Program-made: the position numbers and the translations under genes
In this document: in pieces, positions 1 through 14,145 of the stretch
How positions within the stretch are numbered: position 1 is the first letter of the stretch
How the letters are laid out: each line of letters starts with the position of its first letter
The notes under the pieces: model-generated
Database searches by the model: none
Told to the model about the DNA's origin: nothing
What the model saw: only the letters and a program-made list of their open reading frames with translations
Source of the DNA: Amphiscolops sp. MND2022
Lineage: Eukaryota
Direction of reading: 5' to 3'
DNA length: 64,000 bases
Assembly (NCBI GenBank): GCA_964187785.1
Contig: OZ076409.1
Coordinates: 77,564,001 to 77,628,000, forward strand

Positions 1-3000
1 TGAAAGTATTAGAAAATTGCCGCTATGATGGCAACTTCGACCAGGACACTGCATTCTAAACTCCAAATTTTAGTGTTTTCTGTTAAAGATGAATATTTTG
101 AACCTTTCTCGGAACGACTTGAAGCTCGGCTTCAAATCCTCAAGCTAAGAAGTGTTTTGTTGGACACTGGAACCTTGCCCGCAACAGAAGCCGAAAACTT
201 TGCCGGTTGTGTAAAACTGGTTTAGATTGTGTTTTACACGCTGAAAACACGCGTGTAAAAACACGCTGAAAGTGTAAAACCGAATCGGGTTAACGTTTAG
301 ATAAGAACACGTTAAGTCTAATAAAATGCATAACACCGAATGAGACTGCAGCTTGGCGTGATTTCCAAAATTTTTCAAGAGCGAAACAAGACAGCGCATT
401 CATCAACTTTTGAACAAGTTGACAAACTTGACCCTCGATTAAAGTGAAAGTATTCGTGACTACCTAGTCAGACCTGAGGAACTTCAGCTAAATTTGAGCA
501 AATTGAACGAAAACGTAAATCACCAAATGCTTTGTTCGGTAGTTTTGAAAGACCTTTCACAACAGTTGGCTAATTTTGTCACTGCTTTCAAGTGTTCGCC
601 CGAGCTAAAGTCTTTCTAGATTTGAAGAGAGATCTACTGAATTTTGATTGCGAATACAACCTAAAAAGTACGGATCATGCTTCGAGTTCACAATTCAATA
701 AAGTTGTGAAGTGTTTCAAATACGGCAAGCTTCCGATTGTTTGTTATAAATGTAAGGAGAAAGGTCACAAGGTTAATGCATGTCCCAATGCTTAAAAGAA
801 GCCGTTTGAGAAGCGAACTAAGGAAACACGAAAAAACGTTTTTCAGGAAACGGAACGAAGGCAACTTGACAACCGAACTCAACGATACGGACATGTTTAT
901 TTTCACGCGCCTGATAAACGTGAACAGGACTCTCTTTTCGAAATTTCGAAAGACAGTGGCTGCACAAGTCACATGATAGAAGACTAGAGCTATTCAGTTA
1001 TCTAAAAGCGTCCCAGAAAAGAAAAGTATCTTGTGCTAACAGCACTGAGTCTGTTGTTCAAGGTGGAAGTCAAGTAGAGTTTTTCGCCGAAAACAGTCGA
1101 GGAACATTACAGACGTAGCTCTCGAAAATGCTCTACATGTCCTCCGAAATTCGAAAAACTTAAACTCAATCGAAAGATTGAACGTTGCATCGGCGAAAAA
1201 AATATTTGATGAGAAACCCAGGATTGAGATTGAAAATAAAATTCTAAGTATGCAGCAGTGTTGAAGATACACTGCAGATATGGCATGAACGTTTAGTAAT
1301 AACAATAGTATAGACCTTCGGAAATTATCAGAACAGGCATAAAGGTTGAATTTTCTGGACAGAGACGACGAGTGTGATGTCTGTAACACTCAAAAAGTGA
1401 GACGAAGCCATATATGCAAACCTGTAGGTACACGAGAGTCGAGGCCACTAGAAATAATTCTTGTAGGCATTTCGCCCAAGCCAATTGAATCAGTCGACGG
1501 ATTCATATATGCTTTAGCCTTTGTTGATAGTTTTTGTGGGTAAGATGCAGTCTATTTGCTGAAAAGTAAAGACGAAGTTGCATCGAAACTAGAGTTTTTT
1601 CTTGCTGAGCTAGTGAAGTCGCGTAAATATGAGAGCGATAACGCAAAAGAATTCAAGTTTGGTAAGTTTGCAGAAGTTTGTTTGAGAAACCATTTCGCCA
1701 AGAGATTACCGCTACGTACACTCCAGAAGAAACTGGAAATGTTGAAAGAAAATGGAGTACCATCGGCGCGATGGTGAGATGTATGTTAAAATCTGCGACA
1801 TTAAAAGAAACGTTTTAATCTTTACAACTAGAACTGCCTTCCACATAAAAACAAGTGCAATCACTCCTCACATGGTAAGACACCATTCGAAGTTTTTTAC
1901 TTTAAGAGATTTTTCGACATGATTTTTGTATTCAAAGGGAGCAAATGTGATTCTTGCCTGATTTTTAGACATCGTAAGGGTGTCATTGATTACGTTGCAG
2001 GCTGCGTAGACAATCTAGTTTACTGCAGCAGTAATTTTACGAAGATTTGGAGCTAGCCCTGTGTACATTGATTTTTTGGTGAGCGACGTTAGTGATCTCA
2101 ATTGGTTTCCAAGGATGCAAATCAGAAAAGATGCTAACAAAATTGAAATCTCACAAGAAAGTTACATAAAGAAACATCTAGAAAATTTTGGCATGAGTGA
2201 TGGGAAAAGCGCTTCAACGCCAGCTTTAGAAAAAGTCCCTATCATCAGTGTTCATTTTCCTTCGAAGGGCAGTAATGAAAAGGAAATGAAGTGTTGTAAT
2301 GACAGAGGTTTTATTGATAGTCTCAACTACTTAGGTACTTAGCCAACACTTCAAGGCCTGACATAGCTATTGTCGTAAGACCTTTGAGTGAGGTTGAGTA
2401 AGAAGGCAGCATTGGAATCAAGCCAAGCACGTTTTGTGATAATTTAAGGCGACGAAGGAAAGGGAGTTAATTTACGAGGAAGCGGACAAAATGAGAATTG
2501 TAGTCTAAAGCGATGCTGACCAGGCTAGTTAAAGGATTCAAGAAAATCAACTAATGGCTCCTGTGTTTTTCCTAAATGAGTCGTCAGGTGCTTTCAGTTG
2601 GAACTCAAAGCTGCAATCAACAGTATCAACATCTACCGCAGAAGTTGAAGCGGATACTCTTTTTGCCGCAACAACAGATTTGATGTTTCTGAGAGAACAA
2701 TTGTGCAGAGCTTTGTATTAGCAAGCTAATTCCGAGTTCTTTCTTCGTTGGCAATCAGAAATGTCTAGAAACGCTGTCAACTCCCAAAAATATAAACATT
2801 TCGCTATCAAGCTGCATTTTTTGCAAGAGAAATTACAAGGTTTTAGAAGTTACGTTCTGTCCGATTGAAAATATGACAGTGGACATTTTGACCAAAGCCT
2901 TAGGGAGGGTCAAGTTTCAAAGGTTCAGCAAGGAAATAGCTGGTGATATATCAACCCAGATGGAACCGTAATTTAAATCGTTAGACATTTGTTCCTATTT

Positions 3001-3022
3001 ACAGCTCATGAAAAAGGGGAGT
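1..3022 (+). mobile_element. Decayed Ty1/copia LTR retrotransposon, internal region
   Basis: Copia order gag-PR-IN-RT-RH in broken frames: zinc knuckle CYKCKEKGHKVNAC (~740-785), protease DSGCTSHM (~952-975), integrase pieces (CDVC, FVDSF, ESDNAKEF), RT piece (ISQESYIKKHLENFGM), RNase H pieces (SDAD, KHFAIKLHF), purine tract AAAAAGGGGGAG at 3011-3022. Many stops and frameshifts; no LTR pair identified. Confidence 0.85.
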
Positions 3023-4519
3023 ATTCAGTATTTATTTTCTTGAGCTAGAAGTCAAAGCATGTATGTCTTCTACTTTTATCGAGATTTCTGCTTCCATTAA
3101 ATGTATGAACTGCTCTCGAAATATCTCTTCCCTGCTTTGGCGCCAAATAATTGATTACTACTTCACTGTAAAACTTTTTAATATTCTTTGTTGTTTTTCA
3201 TCAAAAACAGTTCACTTTCAAAGAACAAAACAACGTTTTTGGAAATCAAGAAAGTTTGAGGCAGACTATCAAAAGCATTCAATGAGGGTTTTTTTATACA
3301 AACGTGGGTTTTCTCTTCATTTGTGCTAAACAAGACCTATTTGGTGAATTTAACGCCTGTAGAATCGTTTGCTTCCGATATGAAATCAACAGATAGGAAA
3401 TAGGTCCAAAACTTTGCTTTGGAGAAAAAAGCTACGGAAGAAATTAAAGTTCATTGCCTTACTAATAAACCTAAAAAAGATGATGAGAAAAAAGATTGAT
3501 CAAGTCAGATGTGAATTGATGATCCTATTTTGAACAAAAGTGAGACACACAATTTTGAAATTACGTTATTGAAGTTCTTAAATAATCAAATGATGAATAC
3601 AATTTCAGGAAATTGGCAAGAAATCCGACTGATGGACACGACAGTTCGAATCAGATAGAAACAGTACTTAGCTCCCTAATTGGATCTGTTTTAATTGTAA
3701 AGTACAAGTTTTCCGAAAATAAAACATTTCCCTTTTCTGAAACTTTTTGGCTGATGGAGCGGCCTGGTCCGCGGTTGAAACAATCATAGCTAGAATTGAG
3801 ACCCATATTGGGCCGCCATAAACCCAGACGTTCGAATATTGAAATTTCGAAAGAAACAAAGACTTTTTGTACCTTTGCACCAAAAAAGGTGTCCTTACAA
3901 AAGCAACACTTCGATTGTCATGTAACTAATTACCAAGTAACAAACCTGCAAACATTTCAACCTGTTAGTCTCAGCTTCTTCCAGACTTGATCGTCATTCT
4001 CCTGTCAGCGCAGTCCATGATTCTACAACTAAAAGGCATTTTGCTTCTTTGGAGGAGAAATAATTGTGGCTTCCCCATATAGTTTGAGCTTTATCATTAC
4101 CTCCTGAAATGTCGGATACTGATAAAGTCACTTAATACGATGATTCTTTAAAATCTTCTTTCTCGTCAAAAAGAGAAGGAAGTTCCACGTTTGAAGGAAT
4201 ATTTCTCAATTCATCAAGTAGCAGATATTGAACTCAAGTCATCAGTTATTGCTTAGGAGCAACGAAGCAGCATTAAAGCCTTATCTCAAAATACAAGAAG
4301 TCCCAGCAAGAAAGCCTCTCAAAGGAAAAGAAGATTAGAGAAGAGTTTAAAGCAAAGTTTGGAAACAAATTAACGATAAAAGTATATATTTAATCCTGTG
4401 AGTTGAGTTCGGTGTGGTCACTAAATTAGATCATCGGTGGCCTATCCGACATGACTTTGAGGATTATTTACTATATTTGTTTATCGTTTGCGCTAGTGTT
4501 GTGTAGTATTTCAGAAAAA

Positions 4520-7500
4520 TGTCTGTAATTGAAAGTGGTTCCACACAACCAGCCAACGTTGACAGAATACTATCCCTCATCAGAGGTGGTTGCAAAGAGG
4601 TTTTCACTAGATTAGACCAAAAAGTTGATGAATTTAGGTTCACTGCCATTGACTTTTTAAGTGAATTGTTTTAGGAAGAAGCTTTGCTAAAGATATTCCC
4701 AGATAGAAGTAATCCAGAACAGCAAACCGAGTTCCATGTGTCTGTTAGAGTTACCATTGCTAAGTTGTCTGCATTGATTAGAACTTATAAAAAAGAACGA
4801 GATCTACATCCGTGTGAGGTTTCAACAGACCTTTTTTCATCAAATGCTACTACATCGATTAAAATGAAGCTTTCGAAACTTCAGTTGCCACCATTAATTG
4901 GATCATCACTGCCTGAATGAGTGTTTTCTCTCTATTTAAGGCATCCGTTGATTTTAATTCCCATCTCTCCAATTCAGAAAAACTGAATTTTTCGAAAGAC
5001 TGTGTAAATGGCGAAGCAGCGATATTATTTGGTTCAATAACGGTAACTGACGCAAGTTACAATATTGCATTGAAATTGTTTAAAGATCAAAATAAAAGCA
5101 AAGGAGCACCATTCAAGCTCGTTTGCAAGCAAAATGGTCGCGGCCGGGTTTAAAAACCGAGTCTGCTCGTGACATGAGGAAACACTTGTAACTCATAAAG
5201 TAGCATTAACGATCACTTTTTCATCTTGGTCAACCAGTAGGGCATTGTAATGCTATTTTCGTCTTTGTTGTGACCAATGATGATGAATCCAGAGTCACGC
5301 AAGCTGTGGCAATTAAGTAATCCCGGCAATGATTTTTTTGAGCTGACATTGTTATCAAAATTCCTTGACACGAGGAGCCATGCACTCAAATCGTGTCGCA
5401 CAAAAGTCACACCGCAACCAAGTTTGACACCTCTCCGCAATAAAGAAACCGAACTCTGACAAAAACGTTCAGAATTATGCCGTTCAAGGCCCATCGTATC
5501 AAAATTGCCATGACGCTTTATCGCCTTGACGCTTGTTCACATTTCAAAAAATGTTTCTTACTGATAGATATAATTTCGTTAAAGACAATAAACTCTGTTT
5601 TAACTGCTACCTATCAGGCCACTCGTCGAATGCGTGTCCATCAAAGTATGAGTTCAGCCCCCAACATAATGAAATCTTCGAAGCACTTCACTACAGAGCA
5701 CTTTAGTGTTGCCAAGTAATTGAAAACTGTTCCTCTCTCTGTATTACTTGTTACCATTCGAAATTCATTGAGTTTTCTTAATTTCTGGTTCATACGCCAG
5801 TTTCATAACTGAAGATGTAGCAATGGCGCTCATGCTGGCAACTCAGGGCAGCCAAATCAATGCTTGAACCATCGGTTCTTCCAACTTTCAAAAGACTCGA
5901 GGATTTTTGGTTGTGAAGTTGAATGACACGTCGATGTTAATCTTCATCTCATACCAAGAATCTCAAATACGATTCCCTACAATAAACCAACGTTTCGAAA
6001 TGCACCATGTTAACAAACAACGTTCCCTTAAAGTTGGTCTCTTGCTAGGTGCAGATGTTATATGAGATATTTTGCTTGACAACAATATAAAGATATTTCT
6101 TGTGAATTCGCTATTCCATTTTTCAGTTGAGTAGTTTCGGGTCCTGTGTAATCGACTGCCAATTACAAGGTTGTATCTCACATGACTGCAACTTCACATT
6201 GTGACTCGAAAAACCCTTTTGAAATTTTGGAAACTAGAAAGTGTCCCTGAAACTAGGCACTTAATTGTGGATTAGCGTAGTTGTGAAAAGCACTCCGATA
6301 GCACTACAAGACGCAATGAAGACGACCGTTTTATAGTCAAATGCCATCTAACGAAGAACCACAATGGAGCGTTCAAATGTCTTGAATACACTATATGATC
6401 TTTTTAAAATGTGTTCAGCCTTTACTTAAGACCTTATTGTACATGGACACTCGGATTTGGTCCAACCCGGGCCATAAGAATTCGCCAAACAACTTGCCTC
6501 ATCATTGCGTGCTGAAGGAAGATTGGTGAACCACCAAGTTGCTGTTGTTTTTGACGCTAGCACTAAAACGACAAAAGGCTTTTCACTTGAAACTACAAAT
6601 GATTTTCACTGAATGGTTGTTTGCTAGTTGGCCCCAAACTTCGAGATGAATTGTTAAATAGGCTCGAACGATTCCGTTTCATCCATGTTGCTCTTTCAGT
6701 TGATTAAGCGACGATATATCAGCAAGTTGAGCTGGATAAAGCCAATCGAGACTTTCATTGGATTCTTTGGAGATTAACAGGTGAAGGGCCGGTTGATATT
6801 TCACACATGACCCAACTTACATATGCGGTAGCTTCCTCATCGTATCACTCAATCCGGTCTTTGCAAGAATGTGCCAAATCTTTCTTAGGTATCCACTGAG
6901 GTTCAAAGGGTTGTTATGGGAGATGTTTATGTTGATGATATTCTCACTGGAACCAATTCGATTGAAAAAGCTTGAATACTCCAAAAGCACTTTTTAGAAA
7001 CTTTTGAACCGAGAAGATTGGACCTCCACAAGTAGATTTCGAATAAATAAGGCATCATTTTAGACCTCCAGCCGGAGTACCGCAAAGCAAATGACAATTT
7101 GGAATTTTTAGAAAAAACCCATACAAAAAAAATCTTGTTACCGTTTGGCAACAAAGCGAAGATTGTTTCGTTTTTAAGCTTCCCCACATCAAAAATGATA
7201 ACTTTGAAAGAAATGTTTTAACCAAAAGACAAATGCTTATGACCCTTGATCTTGGTTATCACCATGTACCTTTTCCCTGAAACCGTTAACGCAATGTAAT
7301 TTATGGGATTATCAACTTCCTTCCGAACTTTCGAAGTGGAGAACGAAATTGATCTCTTTAAAGGACGTGGATATAAAACTATTCGTATTGCTTCTTATAT
7401 TCTCGGACAAAATTGAGTCGCACCTCTCCTGTGATTCTTCAGATAGGGCTTATGCCGATGGCATTTTTATTGTGGCGACTGATTCGCATGACAGGCGGAA

Positions 7501-8940
7501 GTCTTTATTGCTTTTTGCCAAAACATTGTTTGTTGCTCGTGTGGAAACAAAGTGTTCCAAGATTGGAATTATGTGCTGCTAGCAACTAGGTTCTTTCAAC
7601 CTTCTATTTTTTTAAGTCCTTTGATCAAACGTCAGTTGTTATTGAAGCACTCTTGGGTTGGACTGATCAAACAAAAGTTCTGAGTTGGTGGTTAAAAAGC
7701 CGTCTCGCTGGTGAACTTTTCATTCAACCATAATTAGCGAAATTCAAAGTGGAAACAAGTACAATTGGAATCAAGTCTGTTCCGACGAGAATCCTGCTGT
7801 TACTGCACATCGAGAAATCAACCCTGACAAATAAATCATTTTGACTTATGGTGGAATGACTCCAGTTAAAAACAGAACTCTCCAAATCGGGATCACTTGG
7901 TGAAACGCGTAAAAAGACAACTCCAACAATCCTCTAAAATTCTTTGATGACGTATGTCTATATTTCGCTGGTGCTATTCTCTGCAGGAAGTCTCCTAATT
8001 CTCCTTAAAAATCCGACTTTTTGTATGCTTTGCTTGTAAAGCAGTTCACCTGGAACTAGTCTCAGTACAGCAACATGTACTGCCGGGGTAAAAAGTTCAG
8101 GTCTCGAAGCTTGCACGTTCAAGTGGTTCCGTCTCCTTCCAAGGGCTCCTCACTTTGGGGGCCTCTGTGAATCAGCAATCAAGTGTGCAAAGAGACATCC
8201 CCGAAACCTAATGGGAAAAACTATCTCAGTTGAAGAATTGTGTACTCTAGTTGTCAAATTGAATCTATTTTGAATTCGATACCAATCTGCCCATTATCAT
8301 AAGATCCAAAGGACAAGTTTTTTCCGAATTTCTGCTCATTTCTGCTTGGGTGGAAAGTTGCAGAGTTTACCTTTGAGCCAGACTTCTAATGAAATTGAAA
8401 ATCCTCACGATAGTGAACATTCACCATCAGAAAAGATGCATACAAATTCAGAATATGGTCGCTCAGGATTTGGGTCAAAGAGATGGAGTTAAAAGATGGG
8501 TCAAATTTAGTACTCTCCCCACAAGAGAAACATTGATGGAGACTACAAACTTCTAACCTAAAAGTTGGTGATACTAATTTTGCAATTGACGACAGTGTTC
8601 ATCCACTTCAGTGGCCGTTTAGCAAAAACTCATCATGCCTACATTGGTCCAGACAAGTTTGTGGGATTAATAAAAGTTAAAACGCTACTGGGATCTCTAT
8701 TCGTCCGGTGAATAAATTCAAGAAAATACTCAATGCTAACTTCAATAATGATTTTATTTGACCTTGTGGGTCTCACCGATAGTTATAATCTTTTCAGCGG
8801 TGGACCAGACCACCTCGTCGCTCAGAAAAGTATTAGATGAAGAGTTTCTTTTTTTGGAAAACACGTTTAGCATGTAAACCATATAGAATGCGGGTAAACT
8901 TGAAACAAATGTGAATATTTTTACAAAAGGTGGGGAAGAA
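4520..8940 (+). mobile_element. Decayed BEL/Pao LTR retrotransposon, internal region
   Basis: BEL-type gag (KLSKLQLP, FKASVD..LSNSEKL..CVNGEAA, ESRKLWQL), RT (LPHHCVLKE, GPKLRDELL, YVDDILTG at ~6928), RNase H (CDSSDRAYA, WTD), integrase (PHFGGL..ESAIKCAK ~8150), purine tract AAAAGGTGGGGAAGAA at 8925-8940. Heavily mutated; ends approximate. Confidence 0.85.
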
Positions 8941-9380
8941 ATGTGCATCTAAGTTACAAGCATGAACTTTTACAAATTTTGAACTAATGTTTGAGCTCAT
9001 TTCTGTGAGGCAATGACTCATCAATTTCAAATGAAATTCCTTTCAGTACCTAACAAAATCTTTAACCGAAAATGGTTCAAATCAAACTGATTTTGGAAAA
9101 AATTATTTCAACGATTGTCCACGTGACTTCGTCTCTCTTGTCCGAAAGACATCGTTTTATGAAAACAAAAAAAGCAAACTTTGAGGTTTTAGGAAAGATG
9201 TAGTGAAATTACCTCAACTATTGTTAATAGTTTGAGACAACAAATTTTTTTCAGAAAAACGAAACGTTGTTACAAATGTAACTCAAGGTTCTATCTCATG
9301 TCCTTTCCTCCTCATGTTGAGCGTCGCGGATCTGCAACATTCCAATAATGATAGTAACATCGTCAAGTGCGCCAAAATAT

Positions 9381-9545
9381 TTGGGGCTCGAGCTTTGCGA
9401 GGTGCCCATATGGTGACGTTTTTGGGGCACGAGCTTTGCAAGATGCCCATATGGTGACGTTTTTGGGGCACGAGCGGAGCGAGATGCCCATATGGTGACG
9501 TTTTTGGGGCACGAGTTTTGCGAGATGCCCATATGGTGACGTTTT
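9381..9545. repeat. 41-bp minisatellite, ~4 copies
   Basis: Unit GATGCCCATATGGTGACGTTTTTGGGGCACGAG... starts at 9401, 9442, 9483, 9524. Confidence 0.95.
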
Positions 9546-12500
9546 TTTTTCGCAGGTTTCGTGACATGTGCCTATTTTTCAAACTTGTAAGGCAAATTTC
9601 TCAAAACCCAGAACAGATACGGACACCATGTTTTCGCTAAAAGTTGCGCAGGATCCAAGGCTACAATTCTGCCGAAAAAAGTTTTCGCAAAAATTTCGGC
9701 TTCATAGGTTTTTTTCAAAAGAATTTTTGAAAAAACGCTAGTTTTGACTATTTTTCATCTTTGATCCCCTATATCTCAGAAATGAGTCCAAATACAGGGT
9801 CCATGGTTTCGTAAATTGTACAAGAGTTTTATAGGCTACATTTTGGCCTAAAAATGACGTCAAAATTTTTTTCATACTTGGTGTTTTTGGGCAAAAAAGA
9901 GGACAAAAAATTTTTCGAAAATTTTTTTCTCATTCGTAGCTCATATTTCTCAAAACTGATAAAAGATACAGAAACCGTTCTCTTTCGAGAAGAACAGCAT
10001 TGATATAGGCTACTTTTTTGACCAACAAAGTTATCGTCATCAAGTTTGACGCCTTCGTTTTTCTGCCAAAAAATCTTCAATTTTTTTCAAAAAAATTTCT
10101 TGGTTCTTTTTCACTTGAGCTCGTATATCTCATGACCGAGACCAAAAATGGCGTTCATGGTTTCGTTACTTTTACGACGCTTATGTAGGTTACGTTTTAG
10201 GCTAAAGGTGATGTCGAACTTTTTTTCGGTCTGGATTTTTTTTAGCAAATAAAGTATTGAAAAAACTTTTTCTGAATTCTTTCCATTTTTTTCCAATTTG
10301 TTGCTGATATTTCTCAGAACTGAAAATAGATAAGAAAACCATTCTCCCTCACAAAGTGAGGCAAGTATGTAGGGTACTTTTTGTACTATCAAAGTTTCCG
10401 TCATGAAGTATGACGCCTTCGGGTTTCTGCCAAAAACACATTTTTTTTATTTTTCTCAAAAAAAATTTTCCTTCATCTTTTTAGTCTTTCATCAAAATAT
10501 CCTCATCTGAGACTGTATAAGTTCACGAGGTTGTGGGCGCTGGAACACAACGAATTTGTAACACCTTCTGCAGACCATTGAACGTTTCTGCTCGTGCCCA
10601 AGCGCGACATGCCGTCGCGCCTATGTTTTTTTTTCGCAGATTTCGTGACATGTGCAAATTTTTCAAACTTGTGAGACAAATTTCTCAAAACCCAGAACAG
10701 ATACGGACACCATGTTTTCGCTAAAATATGCGCAGGATCCTAGGCTACATTTTCGCCGAAAAAAGTTTCCGAAAACAATTCGGCTTCTTGGGTTTTTCTT
10801 AAAAGAATTTTTGAAAAAACGATATTTTTGACTATTTTTCATCTTTGATCCCCTATATCTCAGAACTGAGACCAAATACAGGGTCCTTGGTTTCGTAAAT
10901 TGTACAAGCGTTTTATAGGCTACATTTTGGCCTAAAAATGACGTCAAAAAATTTTTTCAAACTTGGTGTTTTTGGGCAAAAAAGAGGACGAAAAAGTTTT
11001 CGAAAAATTTTTTCTCATTCGTAGCTCATATTTCTCAAAACTGATAAAAGATACAGAAACCGTTCTCTTTCGAGAAGAACAGCATTGATATAGGCTACTT
11101 TTGGACCAACAAAGTTACCGTCATCAAGTATGACGCCTTCGTTTTTCTGCCAAAAAAACTTCAATTTTTTTCAAAAAAATTTCTGGGTTCTTTTTCATTT
11201 GAGCTCGTATATCTCATGACCGAGACCAAATATGGCGTTTGTGGTTTCATTAAATTTACGAGGCTTATGTAGGATACGTTTTAGGCTAAAAATGATGTCG
11301 AAATTTTTTTCGCTCTGGATTTTTTTAGCAAATAAAGTAGTGAAAAAATTTTACTGGAATTTTTCCATTTTTTTCCAATTTGTAACTGATTTTCCTCAGA
11401 ACTGAAAATAGATACGAAAACCATTCTCCCTTACAAAGTGAGGCAAGTATGAAGGCTACTTTCTGTACTATCAAAGTTTCCGTCATGAAGTATGACGCCT
11501 TCGGGTTTCTGTCAAAAATACAGTTTTTTATTTTTCTCAAAAAAAAATTTTCCTTCATCTTTTTTAGTTCTTTCATCAAAATATCCTCATCTGAGACTGC
11601 ATAAGTTCACAAGGTTTTGGGCCCTGGAACACAAAGAATTTGTAACACCTTCTGCAGACCAGACCTTCTGCTGTGACATGTGCCATTTTTTCAAACTTGT
11701 GAGGCAAATTTCTCAAAACCCATAACAGATACGGGCACCATGTTTCCGCCAAAAGTTGCGCAGGATCCTGGGCTACTATTTCGTCAAAAAATTTTTCGAA
11801 AAAACTTCGACTTCATGGTTTTTTTTGAAAAAAAGTTTTGAAAAAACGCAATGTCTGACTGTTTTTTATGTTTGATCGCCTATTTCTCCAAGACCAAATA
11901 CAGAGTCCATGGTTTCTTATATTGTACAAGCGTTCCATAGGCTATATTTTCGCCCAAACATGGCGTCAAAAATTTTTTCAGACTTGGTTTTTTGGGCAAA
12001 AAAAGGCATGAAAAAAAAGTCGAAAATTTTTTTCTCATTTGTAGGTCATAATTCTCAAAACTGACGAAAGATACAGGAACCCATTCTCTCTCAAGCCAAA
12101 CAGGCAGGATGTAGGCTAGTTTTTGTACCAACAAAGCTTCCGTCATCACGTATGACGCGTTCGTTTTTCTGCTAAAAATACTTACTTTTTTGAAAAATTT
12201 TCCTAAATATTTTATACTTGAGCTCCTATATCTCAGGACCGAGAACGAATACGCAGTCCATGGTTTCAGAATTTGTACCAGGGTTCAGTAGGCTGCGTTT
12301 GAACCAAAAAATGGCGTGGAATTTTTTTCGCTCTGGGTTTCTAGGCAAATAAAGGGATGAAGAAGAAATTTAAAAATTTTCCCATTTTTTCCTAATTTGT
12401 AACTGATTTTTCTCAGAACTGAAATGAGATACGAAAAACCTCTGTCCGAGCTAAAAGTTGCGCATAATCCTCAGCTACAGTTTCGTAGAAAAAAAAAATT

Positions 12501-14145
12501 TTAAAAAATCGGCTTTATGGTTTTCTTTGAAAAGAAGTTTTGAAAAAACGCAAACTTTTAGAGTTTTTCATTTTCATCCCCTATTTCTCAGAACCAAGAC
12601 CAGGTACAGGGTCCATGGTTTCGCATAATTTACAAGCATTTCATGGGCTACATTTTTGCTAAAAAATGGCGTCAACATTGTTTTCAGACTTGGTTTTTTG
12701 GGCAAAAAAGGGATGAAAAAAATTGTCGAAAACTTTTTTCTCATTCGTAGCTCATATTTCTCAAAACTGACGAAAGATACAGAAGCCATTCTCCCTCAAG
12801 GCAAACAACAAGGATGTAAGCTATAGTTTTTGTACCAATAAAGTTTCCGTCATAACGTATGACGCGTTCGTTTTTCTGCTAAAAATACTTACTTTTTTTG
12901 AAAATTTTTCTATTTATTTTATACTTGAGCTCCTATATCTCAGAACCGAGAACCAATACGCAGTCCATGGTTTCAGAATTTGTACCAGGTCTCAGTAGGC
13001 TGCGTTTGAAGCAAAAAATGGCGTGGAATTTTTTTCGCTCTGGCTTTCTAGGCAAATAAAGGATGAAGAAGAAATTTGAAAATTTTCATATTTTTTCCTA
13101 ATTTGTAACTGATTTTTCTCAGAACTCAAAAGAGATACGAAAAACCTCTGTCCGAGCTAAAAGTTGCGCATAATCCTCAGCTACAGTTTCGTAGAAAAAA
13201 ATTTTTAAAAAAATCGGCTTTATGGTTTTCTTTGAAAAGAAGTTTTGAAAAAACGCAAACTTTTAGAGTTTTTCACTTTCATCCCCTATTTCTCAGAACC
13301 AAGACCAGGTACAGGGTCCATGGTTTCGCATAATTTACAAGCATTTCATGGGCTACATTTTTGCTAAAAAAATGGCGTCAACATTGTTTTCAGACTTGGT
13401 TTTTTGGGCAAAAAAGGGATGAAAAAAATTGTCGAAAACTTTTTTCTCATTCGTAGCTCATATTTCTCAAAACTGACGAAAGATACAGAAGCCATTCTCC
13501 CTCAAGGCAAACAACAAGGATGTAAGCTATAGTTTTTGTACCAATAAAGTTTCCGTCATAACGTATGACGCGTTCGTTTTTCTGCTGAAAATACTTACTT
13601 TTTTTGAAAAAATTTTCTTAGTTCTTTTATACTTGAGCTTGTATATCTCAAGACTGAGAACGAATACGGTGTCCATGGTTTCGTAATTTGTACGAGGATT
13701 CAGTCTGCTATGTTTAATAGTAAAAATGACGTCGAACTTCTTTTCGCTCTGGTTTTATTGGGCAAATAAATGGATGAAGAAAAATTTCGAAAAAAAAATA
13801 TTTTTTCACCGAATTTTTAACTGATTTTTCTAAGTGAACGTAGATACGAAAACCATTCTCCCTCGCCGAGTTAGGCAAGGATGTAGGCTAGTTCTTGTAC
13901 TATCAAAGTTCCAGTCATCAAGTATGACGCCTACGTTTTTCTGCTAAAATTACAATTTTCGTTTTTCTCAAAATTTTTTTCATCTTTCTTTTCAGTGCTT
14001 TCATCAAAATTTTCTTGATCTGAGACTAGAGATAAGTTCACTAGGTTTTGGAACCTGGGATATGCACAATTTCCAGCACCTTTTGCAGACCATTGAACGT
14101 TTCTGCTCGAGGCCAAGCGCAACATGCCGTTGCGCCTATGTTTTT
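9545..14145. repeat. Satellite-like array, ~175-185-bp diverged monomers with ~1084-bp and ~706-bp higher-order repeats
   Basis: AGGCTAC-type motif recurs about every 175-185 bp; TTTCGTGACATGTG at 9557 and 10641; GATACGAAAAACCTCTGTCCGAGC at ~12428 and ~13134. Confidence 0.85.

Noticed and set aside
3023..4520. LTRs for the copia and BEL/Pao remnants
   Set aside because: No matching direct-repeat partner or target duplication found in the window.
9381..9545. 41-bp repeats as a CRISPR array
   Set aside because: Units are contiguous with no unique spacers, there are no cas genes, and the context is eukaryotic.
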